This document shows, in pieces, positions 40,171-54,699 of a stretch of 64,000 nucleotides of DNA (its first letter is position 1; each line of letters starts with the position of its first letter). Both the position numbers and the translations under genes were made by a program. This stretch comes from Octopus vulgaris (lineage: Eukaryota). The DNA lies in assembly GCA_951406725.2 (NCBI GenBank), contig OX597816.1, positions 21,452,001 through 21,516,000 of the forward strand, in the 5' to 3' direction. A model generated the notes under the pieces. The model made no database searches. It saw only the letters and a list, made by a program, of their open reading frames with translations, and was not told the DNA's origin.

Positions 40171-40859
40171 GTATGTATGTAAGTATGTATATATATATAG
40201 AATGAGAGAGAGAGAGAGATAAATAAGTAAATGGATACTAATACATATATACCTACATGCAGTCATACATTAATATATATTCTGATGTTATATAAGCTTG
40301 GTTTCTAACTAATACTATTTACATTTTGCTGTCGTTTTAATGTCATGAAGCGCCCAGCTTTGGTTGTAAATTTACCAGGAACCTAAGACATAAATTTATA
40401 CAAACCAATCTCCAAATCTTTAATACAAAACAGCATGGTATCTTCCACAGTATAAAGTAACTATATTACAAGGACCTAATAAAAAGTTGTGGCTACATAA
40501 ATGCATGAAGTACTTTTACTCTGGCAGGAAATATTGATAACATATCTTTCAGATAGTTTAAATTTTATTCGTTATAATGTAGCAGCTATATAGGCTGCAT
40601 GGGTAACAAGTTTGCTTCCCAAACATATGGTTTCAGTTTCAGTCTCACTGAGTATCAACAGGGGCACGTATCTCCTCTTGTCAACACCGGACTGACAAAA
40701 ACCTTGGGAATGGATTTAGTTGACAAAAAGTGAAGGAATTTTTACATGTGAGTGAGTGTGTGTGTGTGTGTGCATGTATGAGTGTATTATGAAATTATGA
40801 CTGCTAAGACCCAACAAATGAAGTGAGTTCATGGCTCGCAGGATGGCCAGCTGTAATAA

Positions 40860-41310
40860 CCTTGGATTGTAGAGTGACCTGCTTTACTTCAGGAGACCTA
40901 TTGAGTTCAGTACATCAACACCAAAATAAAAATCAAATGGAAATTGTAGTTTTGATACCCGTGTCGGTGGAACATAAAAAGCACCGTCCTAACGGGTCTG
41001 ATGCCGGCACCGCCTTGACTGGTGTCCGTGCCAGTGACACATAAAAGCACCAACTGATCGTGATCATTGCCAGCCTCCTCTGGCCCCTGTGCCAGTGGCA
41101 CATAAAAAGCACCCACTACACTCACAGAGTGGTTGGTGTTAGGAAGGTGTTAGGAAGGTGTTAGGAAGGGCATCCAGGTGTAGAAACACTGCCGGATCAG
41201 ACTGGAGCTTGGTGCAACCTACTGGATTCTCAGACCCTGGTCGAACCGACCAACCCATTCTAGCATGGAAAACGGACATTAAACGATGATGATGATGATG
41301 ATCATCATCA
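40860..41310 (+). mobile_element. Family B RTE 3'UTR, subfamily matching 4500-4770
   Basis: ATCAAATGGAAATTGTAG.., hairpin repeats and (GAT)n. Confidence 0.8.
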
Positions 41311-41447
41311 TCATGTCCCATAAATGCAAATTTAATGTACAAATTTGTAATTAAATTATTGAATATTAATTGAAATGGCTGTAAGAAGCAAACATGACCA
41401 ATTTGTGAATAATAAATAATTGTTAACTTCCTAATCTCTATTTTCTC

Positions 41448-42020
41448 AGGCATGGCTGTATGATAAGAAGCTTGCATCCCACCACATGGTTCTGGGTTCA
41501 GTCCACTGCCCCTTGGGCCAATCAAAGTCTTGTGAGTGGATTTGGTAGATGGAAACTGAAAGAAGCCCATTGTATATGTATATATATGTATGTGTGTGTT
41601 TGTTATTTGTGCCTATGTTTGTCCCCCCGCCATTGCTTGACAACCGATGTTGGTGTGTTTACGTCCCCATAACCTAGCTGTTTAGCAAAAAAAAAAAAAA
41701 ACAGAATAAGTAATTGGCTTCAAAGAATGAGTCCTGGGGTCAATTTGTTCAGCTAATGGTGGTGCTCCAGCATGGCCGCAGTCAAATGACTGAAACGAAT
41801 AAAAGAATATATTTATGTTTCTTTGTGTGTGTGTGTTTCCCCCCCTACCCACCCACCATCACTTGAAACCTGATGTTGGTGTGTTTACTTCCACATAACT
41901 TAGCAGTTTGGCAAAAGATATCAATGGAATAAGTCCTGAGGTTGATTTTTTTTCGACCAAAAGGTGGTGCTCCAGCATGGCCACAGTCAAATGACTGAAA
42001 CGAATAGAACAATAAAAGAA
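41448..42020 (+). mobile_element. SINE family A plus a second 3' half
   Basis: Tails at about 41760-41805 and 41962-42018. Confidence 0.85.
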
Positions 42021-42053
42021 TATATATATATATATATATTTTATAGATATGCA

Positions 42054-42090
<37 letters not shown>

Positions 42091-42368
42091 GCTATGTTTG
42101 CATATATGTGAAACCCAGCTGTATCCTCATTGAAGCACTTCTGCTTATTCCATTATTACAATCCAATATGTAGCTTCTATTGTTGCTGTATATGTACAAA
42201 CAACATATTAAAGTTGAAAAAACTGGAAATGTTATTTGCAGAATGATTGTGTAACAAAAATGGAAGCTGGAAAATTTATTGGTATTATTCACAATTACAT
42301 GTTTCATTTGCTCAACACACTGCACCCCCCATACACGTACGCACATACATAAATATATATATGATATT

Positions 42369-42400
<32 letters not shown>

Positions 42401-42729
42401 TGTTTGTATATACATAGATATGTGTGTGTGTATACATATATATATGTGTGTATACACTTGAAATGAGGACTAGATAGACAGCCGACAACTGATGAAGGGT
42501 CCTTTCTCTGTGTTAACTTGTCCTGTTTTCTATTTTTTCCCGTGATTATGTATTTCATTCAATTTTCCTTCGTTTGTTCATGTATTTCCTGTTATTTACA
42601 CTGTTAGTGACATCCTATACCCATATATGTACCATCAAATGGAAATTGTATTTGTGATACTTGTCTCATTTACTTGAGCACTTCTAAAGCAGTCCTATTA
42701 ACCATTTTGTTCCTAATAAAAAACAATCA

Positions 42730-43065
42730 CTATTATTATGTCCTGTTATTATTATTATTATTTTTATTGTATTTTGTATTTATATTCGTATAACATCGTC
42801 TGTTTTTCCGTCTTTGTTTTCGTATACATTCGCTGCTTTCTTCCAAGGAATCTAATGCTCTGAGCTTAATTTTTCCTTGGGGATGGCCAGATTGGAGCAA
42901 TCTCAAGATTAATCATCTGAAATTGTGAGGATGATTCAGTTCTTGACTGAGAATACGAAGCTTCGAATGACCCAACATTTTGTTTTGTATCGTCTATCTG
43001 GATGTTTTGTTGTCCCTTTTTGTATCACCTAGTTGTTCAGATGTTTTGCTTTCTTGTCCCATTTC
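42730..43065 (+). mobile_element. Unclassified interspersed repeat (family G)
   Basis: Reverse complement of 50074-50400. Confidence 0.75.
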
Positions 43066-43069
43066 GCAT

Positions 43070-43233
<164 letters not shown>

Positions 43234-44199
43234 TATATAAATATAATATGCTATACACACACAGAGGCACTTGAGCTCCACTCCAGTTGATTTTGAACCC
43301 AAGAACTTTGATTTCCTCCCATGTACACTTTTGAAGAATTATTTTTTTGGTTTACAAAAAAATCAACCAAAATCAAAAAAGCCAGAATGGAAAAAATAAA
43401 CTTCGGTCAGCGTCCAAAAAAAATGTTTACATAAATTCATGAATATTACTTTCCTTTGTTTTTATTGAAAGAATAAGGAATGAATTGTATTCAAACACTT
43501 TAAAGAATTCAGGAAAAAACTTTAAAACCTTTTGAATAATCTGATTCTAAATCTTCTAATGCATTTGCTTAACGAAATATTTGAATTAAGCCTGATTAAA
43601 GTTTTCAGTAGTTGCAGAGGATAAGTCATTTAGAACAAATCAATTTAACTGACAAGATAAATCATTAAATACCCTAATTTTTCCTATTAGTTATTCAGTA
43701 AGTGACAAGTGTAGAGATAAATTGGTAAGCTTCCCTGTAAGTGGTGACTAAGAATAGGTTTCAATTTTTTACATTGAAATATTCCAGTTCTCTCTTTAAT
43801 GTACAGTTAAACTTAGAAAAGTCACAAACGTGAATACACACACACACACACACAATTACACACACGTGTGTGTGTGAATTTTTAGTACATTTTATCTTTT
43901 GCCTTAATCCAGTGGTTGCCAACCTAGGATCTGCAAATATAGTACTGGAAGTCCATGAACTAAATTTAAAACTTCATATGTATGTATATATATATATAAT
44001 ATATGTATGTATATATATATGTATGCTTGTATGTATGTATGTATACTTGAAATAATATAGGGTAGCAACATTTTATAAATTTCTTTTTTACCAGTGGCCT
44101 AGCATGTATAAAATGTCAATAGACAACATATTTTCCATATGAAATTAGTGTTCATTATCTTAATGTTTGGCTTACCCACTGATAAGAACTTCACCTAGC

Positions 44200-44282
<83 letters not shown>

Positions 44283-44292
44283 TTATATATGT

Positions 44293-44663
44293 ATTCTTTT
44301 TCTTTTATTTGTTTCAATTATTTGACTGCAGTCATGCTAGAGCACTGCCTTTAGTTGAAATAATCGACCACCAGGACTTATTCTTTGTAAGCCTAGTACT
44401 TATTCTATCAGTCTCTTATGCTGCACCACTAAGTTACAAGGATGTAAACACACCAGCATCACTTGTCAAGTGGTGGTGGGTGACAAACGCACACACACAT
44501 ATGTGCGACAGGCTTCTTTCAGTTTCTGTCTACCAAATCCACTCATAAGGCTTTAGTTGACCCTGGGTTATAGTAGAAGACACTTGCCCAATGTGCCATG
44601 CAGTGGGACTGAACCATGTGGTTTTATAAGCAAGCTACTTACCACACAGCCACTCCTGTGCCT
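44293..44663 (-). mobile_element. SINE family A
   Basis: Collinear with other copies. Confidence 0.85.
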
Positions 44664-44762
44664 ATACATATATATAGGGAGAGTTTACGAAAAAAACAAA
44701 AGCCGAAGACAGGTGATGTACAAAACAGATGTATTAGTATAATGCTCAGGAATAGAAAAAGT

Positions 44763-44798
44763 CTTTTACGTTTCGAGCTTACACTCTTCTACAGAAAG
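44763..44798 (-). ncRNA. Minimal hammerhead variant (CUGUAGA core) in a PLE-like relic (44677-44820)
   Basis: CTTT-CTGTAGA-A-GAG..CTC-GAAA-CG-TA-AAAG. Confidence 0.65.
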
Positions 44799-45530
44799 GG
44801 ACACAGAAAAAGGAGAGAAATATATATATATATATATATTCAAGAATAAGCATTTTAAAAGGAGTCTGTAGGAAAACTTAGTTAAAGAAAAGGGTTGTGA
44901 ACCACTGTTGGGAACCACTGCTTTAGTCATTTTACTGTATTCATAGAGAGTTACAGCCTTGATGAGGTTACTCAAACACATCAACCACTGTACTTATTCT
45001 TAAGTCAGGTGTTCATTCAATCACTAAGTTACAAGAATGTAAATAAACCAACATCGGTTTTCAAGTGGTAGTGTGGTACAAACTTGCACTGATACAAACA
45101 CACATATACAGGGGCATCTACACAGTTTCCATCTTCCACCAAAGTCACCGACAAGGCATTGGTCAGCTTCGGGTTATAATAGAAGACACTTGTCCGAGGT
45201 ATTGTGCAATGGGAATGAACCTGAAACCACATGATTGCAAACTGAGCTTCACAACCATGCAGCCCTTTCAGAATTTGGAAACAGAATATACAGTTTTTCA
45301 GTTAAGCCCAGCAGGCACTGTTGTTTTCAATGAAAGCTTATATGTCAGTATAACAGTGTCAAAGCTTAATGAATCTGAATGTATGCGTGCTTGTCTCCCC
45401 TTCAAGAACAAAATAAACTTGAATGTGGTTTTCTTAAATTTCCTGTCTAGGTGAATAAGATAATATCTGTGTAAGTAAAAATATGGCTTGAAATATTGTT
45501 CAGTTAATGTAGCATAGGAATTTGTCACAG

Positions 45531-45632
45531 AATCAGAGTATGTTGAGACAGAACAGACATACGATTTTACCAGACAGTTGCCACCAAGTAAGCAAATATT
45601 ACAACTGTTACAGTTAGAGTTGGGCGAAGTAG
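45531..45632 (+). CDS. Candidate internal exon (phase 1-1) of an unidentified host gene
   Basis: CACAG| acceptor, G|GTGAGT donor, 102 nt open (ESEYVETEQTYDFTRQLPPSKQILQLLQLELGEV); no homology recognised. Confidence 0.25.
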
Positions 45633-46577
45633 GTGAGTAATTTGTATCAGAAAGCAGCTTAACATTAGAATAGGAATTGTAACTTATAGAGATATTTAAA
45701 AAAAAATCAAACTAACTTTATTTAAATCTGTCAAAAATGTACTATTTATGGTTTGTTAGAAATTGGAAAAAAAATTAAATTAAGACACGATTTAACTGAG
45801 TTTGCTCCTAAATTTAAAACATGTATTGAATCATATCACAAAGCTATTTCAGGGTCTATTTTTATACTTTTGAATATTAGGTCTACCAAAGTACTGTATT
45901 GTCGCTGAGCTTTGGAGCCAATAATATGTTTGTCCTGCTCCATTGATCACAATCATTTGAAGATCTACAACAAGAAATATAGAGTAATGATTTGTGAAGT
46001 GCTGCTTTCAATGAATCTACTTTTAGTAATATAGTAATATGTACCCATTAGTAGCCAATGGGACAGAGTAACTGTCCCAATACTGAATGCAGTCTCAGAA
46101 AATTGAAATCAAGACACTGCAGTTGTTTGATCCAAATGCTTTTATGTGATGTTATGCCGCAAACAGTATTTCAGAGTAAAACTAGATGCTTGCTGTATTC
46201 ATATGCAATATATTATTATATAACAATTTAATATAAATATTTCTATTTTGTAAATAATAAATATTTTGCTAAATGGTTGAATCAACGCCCACTGAGAACT
46301 AATATTTATTCATACCAGTCTGCAAGAGATTAAAGTAAATAAACTGAGAGAAGGATTTCAATACAGAACACAAAAATCTTTGACAGAATATTGGTATGCA
46401 TTTTATCCATCTGTTGCAATTTTTACCAAACCATTATCTTCATAGTAGTAGTTGTGGTCTTCTTAATTACACTTACTACCTCAAGTAGCAACACTGTTCT
46501 CCTGCTTCTCATCGTCATCAACTTTTTTTTTTATCATCATTATTGTCATCTCTTTTACATCTGCTTTTCAATGATAG

Positions 46578-47150
46578 CATCATCATCATCATCATCATCA
46601 TCGTTTAACTTCCGTTTTCCATGCTAGCATGGGTTGGACGATTTAACTGAGGCCTGACGAACCAGATGGCTGTACCAGACTCCAATCTGATCTGGCAGAG
46701 TTTCTACAGCTGGATGCCCTTCCTAATGCCAACCACTCCAAGAGTTTAGTGGGTGCTTTTACGTGCCACCGGCACGAGGGCCAGTAAGGCGGTACTGGCA
46801 GCGGCCATGCTCAATGGTGCTTTTTATGTGCCACCTGCACAGGACCCAGTCCAGCGGCACTGGCAACGACCTTGCTCAAATGTATTTTTTTCATGTGCCA
46901 CCAGCACAAGTGCCAGTAAAGTGACGTAGGTAACGATCATGCTCGAATGGTGCTTTTCTATGTTCCATCAGCACAGAGGCCAGCTTGTTGCTGTGCCAAT
47001 GATCACACTCGTATGGTACTCTTAGCACTCCTCTAGCACGGATGCCAGTCATCACATTTGATTTCGATTTTGATTTCACTTGCCTCAACAGGTCTTTGCA
47101 AGCAGAGTTTAGTGTCCAATGAGGGAAAGGTACGCATAAAGTGGGCTGGC
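46578..47150 (-). mobile_element. Family B RTE 3'UTR, long copy
   Basis: Collinear with 20108-20644. Confidence 0.88.
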
Positions 47151-48125
47151 ATAGGCCACAAGGATATGGTCACACTTGAGCTTGCCGAGTCTTTTCACAT
47201 TTTCCCCAATCCACATTCCATAATCAAAGTATCAGCCACCTGTAACTATTGTACAGTGAGATGGAACTTAAAATCATATAGTTTTGATATGATCTATTAA
47301 ACAACATGACCATTCTAAACCATGCTTCCCATATTAAACAATTTATACCATAAATCACCTACTGGTGTAAATTTGGCAATTAGTGTACAATGAATATGAC
47401 AATGCAATGTAGAGCATATACAAATTAAATAATTCAAAAGAATAAACCATTTCTAGCTTTCCTCTCAAACATATAAAACCATGCAAGGAACATAAAACAA
47501 ACGCTGTATGAGATGTAACATAAATTTTCTTCTTACATTAATTGTCCGATTGACATCACCAGTTGATTTATTTTGGATATTAAGTGATATATATATAAAG
47601 TTTCTGACACTTATATATTAAAAGGTATAAACATTTATTACAAATGTAAGCTATAGAAATTTATTAAAAAAGATAAAAAGATTTTGAGATGTCTGTCATA
47701 GACTTCAAATGAAAGCTGTCTCACAGTCTGAACAATGTGGTCAGTGAATAACTTGGAGGGGGTGATATAACATGATGGTGAGGTAGGTGGTATTTTTTGT
47801 TGGAAGTCTGTCTCATGTTCAAGCCTATTCAAGAAGATCTATGGTCAAACAAGTGATTTGATCTGAGACTGTGTATTGAAACTAAAGCAATTACAGTGTA
47901 GAAGATATACATTAGCCATTCAAAAGCCCACGAAAACTGTTAACTTATCTTGAACAATTATTGATTTAGTGTGATAATTTTTGTGGCTCCAAATGTGACC
48001 TGGTACACACAAAGTAATTGTATAAAGGGCTCAGGTGTACCACAAGTCATCAGAACCAGAAAAACCCAAGGAGACAAAAAAATACAAAAAAAAAAAGCAA
48101 TAAGTCAGGAGTGGCGCAGTATAGA

Positions 48126-48519
48126 TGCAGGAATTGCTGTGTGGTAAGTAGCTTGCTTAACAACCACATGGTTCCAGGTTCAGTTCCACTGCGTGGCACC
48201 TTGGGCAAGTGTCTTCTACTATACCCTTGGGCCGACCAAAGCCTTGTGAGTGGATTTGGTAGATGGAAACTGAAAGAAGCCCGTCATATATATATATATA
48301 AATGTGTGTGTGTATGTTTGTGTGTCTGTGTTTGTCCCTCCAACATCTCTTGACAACCGATGCTGGTGTGTTTACGTCCCCCGTAACTTAGCGGTTCGGC
48401 AAGAGAGACTGATAGAATAAGTACTAGGCTTACAAAGAATAAGTCCTGGGGTCAATTTGGTCCACTAAAGGCAGTACTCCAGCATGGCTGCAGTCAAATG
48501 ACTGAAACAAATAAAAGAA
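48126..48519 (+). mobile_element. SINE family A, full length
   Basis: Collinear with other copies. Confidence 0.9.
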
Positions 48520-48784
48520 AACAAAAAAGTCAAAAAAAAAAAAAAACCCAGCAGCCACAGCCAAAAGTGCACACACAGCACAATGGACAGAAAAATAAGA
48601 AAACAAATTGAAAAGTAAAAGAGCAATAAATAAGAAAAGGTGTACAGGAATGTCCAGAGCAATGTTGGCAAATTTTGGGAAGCATGGAATTTTTGAAAGC
48701 TACAATATCTTTGATTCTCAAAGAGATTAATTATTCTATGATTTCCATTTCTTCTACACTAAATGTATCATAATTTCTAATTCT

Positions 48785-49105
48785 TTATTTTTTTTTTTTA
48801 TTTATGCCCCCTTTTCAAGCCTAGCCAGGCTCATGGGCCCGGTTTCCCGGTTTCTATGGCGTATGTGTTCCCCCCAGCTGGACGGGACGCCAGTCCATTG
48901 CAGCATTACTCAAGAAACAGGAAGAAAGAGTGAGAGAAAGTTGGGGCGAAAGAGTACAACAGTGTTGCCACCACTCCCTGCCGAAGCCTCGTGGAGCTTT
49001 AGATGTTTTCGCTCAATAAACACACACAATGCTCGGTCTGGGAATTGAAACCGCAATCCTCTGACTGCGAGTCCACTGCCCTAACCGCTGGGCCATTGTG
49101 CCTCC
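48785..49105 (-). mobile_element. SINE family D, full length, 13-bp TSD
   Basis: AATTTCTAATTCT at 48772-48784 and 49106-49118; tRNA head and A-rich tail. Confidence 0.9.
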
Positions 49106-49765
49106 AATTTCTAATTCTACCTACCCATAAGGTTGACTGTTGATTCAGTTGAAGCAGTCAGCAATGAATAACTAAGCAGAAAATGCAGACATCGTGTCTG
49201 CTTCCTTATATTTTATGTATATGTGAAACTAAACAAGTAAAATAACAAACTAATTGTATCGAAGTAGTGGCTCGGTAATAAATATTGATTATTTATAGTA
49301 ATTAGCTCACATAAGTATTTAAATGCACAGTTAGATTTTCTTTTATACTAATTAATTTTTAACTTTAATTTCATTTCCTACTTTCAGATATTTCTAAAAT
49401 GTTAAATGATAAAAGAGACAAAGTTGAATTGCACGGGGGATCTATCTACAGATAGGAAAATTGACTCAGCTAAGCTTAAATTACAATTATCAATTAAACA
49501 ACTTTGTATTCATTTGTGTTTTTTTTTTCCTTTTGTAGTAGATCTCTTAAAACGTATCCTGCATTTAAGGTGTTAAATATCTATTTAAGTAGTTTCACAT
49601 TTGCTGCACTTAGATATTCTCTTTACCAGTGCACACAATAAAGAAACAAAGCTGCTTTAGAATAAACTCTCATTTCCTATGTGAAATCCTGGCACAGAGT
49701 CTATTGATTTCTAACATTGGCATAAGGTTGCAAATTTTAGTAGAAAATATGATCAGTTAAGTAAT

Positions 49766-49882
49766 ACAGTTCTATATTTAAGAGATCAGGAATTATGTAC
49801 ATTATTTACATTATTTACATTTGACGAATATTTGTCCTCATCTTGTTTGTTGTTAACACATTTCAGCTGATATACCCTCCAG
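49766..49882 (-). mobile_element. 3' fragment of the tRNA/hammerhead PLE pLTR, truncated within helix II
   Basis: Matches 13861-13980. Confidence 0.8.
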
Positions 49883-49902
49883 TCCATGGGTATATATATA
49901 TG

Positions 49903-49950
<48 letters not shown>

Positions 49951-50073
49951 TATATAAATAAAAATAATCTGACTGGGCCTGATGAAGCCTTCCGGCTTCA
50001 CAGACCTCAGTTGCACCGTCCAACCCATGCTAGCATAGAAAACGGATGCTAAATGATGATGATGATAATACAA

Positions 50074-50590
50074 ATTGGGACAAGAATGCAAAACATCCGG
50101 ACAACTAGGTGATACTAAAAGGGACTACAAAACATCCAGATAGACGATACAAAGAAAACAAGGATGGGTTATTCAAAGTTTTCTATCTTCAGTGAAGAAA
50201 CAGACTATCCTCCCAATTTCAGCTGATTATTCTTAAGATTGCTCCAATCTGGCCAGCCCCAAGGAAAAACTAAGCTAAGAGCATTAGATTCCTTCGAAGA
50301 AAGTAGTGAATGTATACAAAAACAAGGACGGAAAAAACGGTCAAAGCTACACAAATATAAATACAATAAAAAATACAATAAGAATAATAACAGGACATAA
50401 CAACAGGTGTCTTTCGACTAAGGATGAATTGAATTAAGCTGGCACATGTGGAAATGGAGCCTTACGGCAAAGATACGATCTTTCCACAAACACAGGGAAG
50501 AATATCGATGTTACACGGACCACGGTCAGACCAAAAATGAAAGAGCAGGCTGGCTGATTGGTCATGTGGGAAGAGATATGCGCATGTTTG
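50074..50590 (-). mobile_element. Unclassified repeat family G, longer copy
   Basis: Homologous to 42730-43065. Confidence 0.7.
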
Positions 50591-50675
50591 TGCGTGCATG
50601 TGTGTGTCTGTCTGTCTGTGTCGGTGTCTGCATTTGTTGCCAGCCACTGTTTGACAAACGGTATTGGTTTGTCTG

Positions 50676-50902
50676 GTGGGCTGGCAGAAACATTAGCATG
50701 CCGGGCGAAATGCGTAGCCGTATTTCGTCTATCACTACGTTCTGAGTTCAAATTCCGCCGAGGTCGACTTTGCCTTTCATCCTTTCGGGGTCGATTAAAT
50801 AAGTACCAGTTACGCACTGGGGTCGATATAATCGACTTAATCCGTTTGTCTGTCCTTGTTTGTCCTCTCTGTGTTTAGCCCCTTGTGGGTAGTAAAGAAA
50901 TA
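50676..50902 (+). mobile_element. SINE family E with 16-bp TSD, inside an old family A copy
   Basis: GGTATTGGTTTGTCTG at 50660-50675 and 50903-50918. Confidence 0.92.
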
Positions 50903-51824
50903 GGTATTGGTTTGTCTGCATCCTTATCATCTTGTGGTTCAGCAAAAGTGACCAATAGAATAAGTACCAAACTGTAAAAAAAAAAAGAATAGGTGCTGTG
51001 GACTATGTGATCAATTTCAAATAATCCATTAAGGTTGCAATTCAAAGATACATACATGTAAAAACCGAAACAAGAAAAACAAAGATTACTCTTACACGAT
51101 AATTGTGAAAAACATTTTTGAATTATTTTCTCTTTTGGAATTCTGAAGCTCTACAAAAAATAATCTTGTGTTTGTTATTATTCAGTTCTTATATATCCCA
51201 CTAATGACACATCTGCAAAGCTTATTAGTAGATTAAGCTTATTTTTCGGATACAGAGATTTCTATATTGGCCATTCAGTATTTGTAAATGATAAGGTATT
51301 TCAGAAATTTGTCGCAATGAAATATTTTAAAGTTTAATTTGTTTATAATAAATTACTGCAGATTAAGTTTCTAAATGTCTTAAATGATTTGTATGTTATT
51401 AACAGGATTAAAATTTTAAAGACTATTGACTTCATCTGTAACAACAAAACATTTGTTCTTAGTGTTTACATTTACACCATGTTTTGATGTTTCAATTGTT
51501 TTGATCCGTAGTCATTATCACCATCGCCAGATGGTTTATCATTGGATATAAATGCACAGTATCAAACTAAAATCAAACTATAAAGTATTATTTTGTTTTT
51601 GTATCTGGTTTGCACGATTCTTTACGTGAACTCTTGTGTTGAAGCAAATGATGTTGTGTCTGGGGAGAATCGTATTATCTTAATGCCTTTTTATGCAACT
51701 CACTCACCAGTTCGATTTCCACAAGGAAAAATACAAATAATAAATGAGTGGAAACCAAATCGGTGTGTGTGTGTTAGATAATAAAGCATTAAGACAATAC
51801 GAATCCCCAGACACAATGTAAAGT

Positions 51825-52290
51825 ATTGGGTTGTCCAGAAAGTTCGTTCTGGCTTTTAAAGAAAAGAAAAAGGCCAATAAATACTTGCCATTACATTTTT
51901 AATCAATCAAATATGAATCTTTTTGTTGCACAATGCGTCTCCATCTTTCCTTTAACTTGAAAATAACCTCTTCCCAGAATTGAGGTGGTTTCATGGCAAA
52001 GAATTCATCAAGGTATCTTTTTATGTCATCCAAGGAATTGAAATTTTTACCATTAAGACTATTCTGCAGAGACCTGAATAAGTGGAAATCCGAAGGAACA
52101 ATATCTGGTGAATATGGAGAGTGGGATAACACATCTCAGCCAAGCTGCAGCAATTTTTGTCTGGTTCCCAAATCATCAAGTTCCGAAAATGAACTTTCTT
52201 ATCTTCCATTTTAAAGGGTTACAAAATTTGCACAGGTTATAGGAACATAAACCTTCTTCTACGAAAATATAGCTTAAACTGTGCTCTAAA
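51825..52290 (-). pseudogene. Internally deleted mariner transposase remnant with one TIR
   Basis: MEDKKVHFRNLMIW joined to HSPYSPDIVPSDFHLFRSLQNSL..LKERWRRIV; TIR TATTGGGTTGTCCAGAAAGTTCGT at about 51825. Confidence 0.9.
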
Positions 52291-52980
52291 TGGAGTCAAC
52301 TTTAAAGACTAGGAAAGTTGTTATAATCTTAATAATGTTCAGATGCAAAGACAATTAGATAAAATAAGGAAAGATTCTATAACTCTACGACATTCTATGA
52401 TTTATCTTGGAAATTATTCTTATTGTTCTATTTTCGAACACAGATAATATCTTATTCACACCAGATGGTACGATTCTTCTCTTAGCAACTTGTTAAATGT
52501 GTGTAACTGAGTTTTAATGATATTGTAGACTTAGCTTATAGCTTTAGCAAAAAACTGGAATTTATGATATTTATGATATGGTAAAAGATTTATTAAATCA
52601 AAGTAAATCTATTAGAAATATCACAGCTTTTATGTTATAGCCATCATAGAATTTCTGTAATAATACTAACAAGACATGTTTTTGTGAGGAAACATATAAA
52701 TGCTTTTTGCAATTTTTTTCTCCAATTATTTTCCAGAAGTGTCTCTTCTAACAGATGTCTTCCTTTGTGTTCTATGTGAGAACTGAGACATTTATGTCAG
52801 ATCACTAAACATAGTAAAGTAAAGTTAGACTTGTAACACTTCAATGTGTTTAAAATTGTAAAAATCAGTTTAAAATAGGTAAAAATTAGTGAAAATAATA
52901 AAATTTGTTGCAAATTGTAAAAGTGAAATAACAACCTAACCAGTTTAAAGAAATTTGTTTTTATTTTTATTTTTTGCTGT

Positions 52981-53193
52981 TACTCTTTTACTCTTTTACT
53001 TGTTTCAGTCATTTGACTGCAGCCATGCTGATGCACCACCTTTAGTTGAGCAAATCGACCCCAGGACTTATTCTTTATAAGCCTAGTACTTATTCTATCA
53101 GTCTCTTTTGTCAAACTGCTAAGTTACGAGTACGTAAACACACCACCATCAGTTGTCAGCGATGTTGGGGGAACAAACACAGACACACAAACC

Positions 53194-53239
<46 letters not shown>

Positions 53240-53408
53240 CACATATGTACGACGGGCTTCTTTCAATTTCTGCCTGCCAAATCTACTCACAAGGCCTTGG
53301 TCAGCCCGAGGCTATAGTAGAAGACACTTGTTCAAGGTGCCACGCAGTAGGAATGAACCTGGAACCATGTGGTTGGTTAGCAAGCTACTTAGCTCACAGC
53401 AATCCTAC
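52981..53408 (-). mobile_element. SINE family A
   Basis: Collinear with other copies. Confidence 0.88.
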
Positions 53409-53699
53409 ACGTATCAAATAATGTTGATACAAGATTATATCACTTTCCAATTTTGATTTGAGTTTTTTAAGATTTTTATTTTAAATCTATATTGAAATAC
53501 TTTCCTCTTATTCTTGGTTTGTTCTTAAGTTGTTGTTTCACCAGAACCAGTGTAAATGTCAGAGTTTTACATGTGCTAGCAATTACAATAGTATTTCATA
53601 CATTATGCATTAATATACACAAAACACATTGTGGCCATCTGAAATACACACAAAAACTTCTTAAACTTCAGTTTTATTTACTTTATATTTGTATCATAC

Positions 53700-54110
53700 T
53701 ATCATCATCATCATCATCATCATCAACATTTAACGTCCACTTTCCATGCTAGCATGGGTTAGACGAATGACTGAGGACTGGCGAACCAGATGGCTGTGCC
53801 AGGCTCCAACCTGATCTGGCAGAGTTTCTACAGCTGGATGTCCTTCCTAATGCCAACCACTCCGAGAGTGCAGTGGGTGCTTTTACGTGCCACCGGCACG
53901 AGGACCAGTCTGGCGGTACTGGCAATGGCCATGCTTGAAATGGTGTTTTTTACGTGCCACATGCACAGGAGTCAGTGCAGTGGCACTGGCAACAACCTCG
54001 CTCGAATGTTTTTTCACGTGCCACCAGCACAGGTGCCAGTAAGGCGACGCTGGTAACGATCACGCTCAAATGGTGAATTTTATGTGCCACCGGCATGGAA
54101 GCCAGACAGC
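53700..54110 (-). mobile_element. Family B RTE 3'UTR
   Basis: Four hairpin repeats and (CAT)n. Confidence 0.88.
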
Positions 54111-54431
54111 CGTACTAAGAAATATCAAAACACTAACAGTTTGCAGAACTTCAGCGGGTCAATCACTGAATTTCACTGCATCTTTTATACCTGTTGATGC
54201 AATTGCACTCTATCTTGCAGCAGCGATCAAGTCATAGAATAACAGAATATTTATTTGACAATTTATAATTCTTACAACTAATAAGAATGAAATGAAAGCA
54301 AAAACAAAAATAAATATTTTATTTTTGTGTATCTTCTTAGATAATGATAGTGGCTCTTCTACATGATAACAGTTTCAGGTATATCATGTTACCTCAAATA
54401 AAGTTGTTTGACAAACGAAACAGACATAGAC

Positions 54432-54699
54432 CCTTTTTTCTGGTTGAAATACACCGAAAAATGGCGACACAGCAGTCAAAAAATCGTAAAAAATAGGAAT
54501 TTTCATAGAAAACAAGCACCTTTTTGATATAAATAATTTTTGGTGTTAACATGGTCCGATTTGAAGTTTTTCTTCTACGAAAGAAAGAGCAAGCATTCTT
54601 CTATCATACTCTCAATTTTGGCCCACTTGCGCCGCAGGGTCTCGGAGGAGACAGTGTTAGTTGTAGGCTACCAAACCTGCCATACACAGACAACTTCAG

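Noticed and set aside
42489-42520. CTGATGAAGGG candidate hammerhead (also 31558 and the CTGAAGA in the 111-bp repeat)
   Set aside because: No appropriately placed GAAA or UH site.
47638-47832. 64-aa ORF in unique sequence
   Set aside because: No recognisable motif or convincing splice sites.
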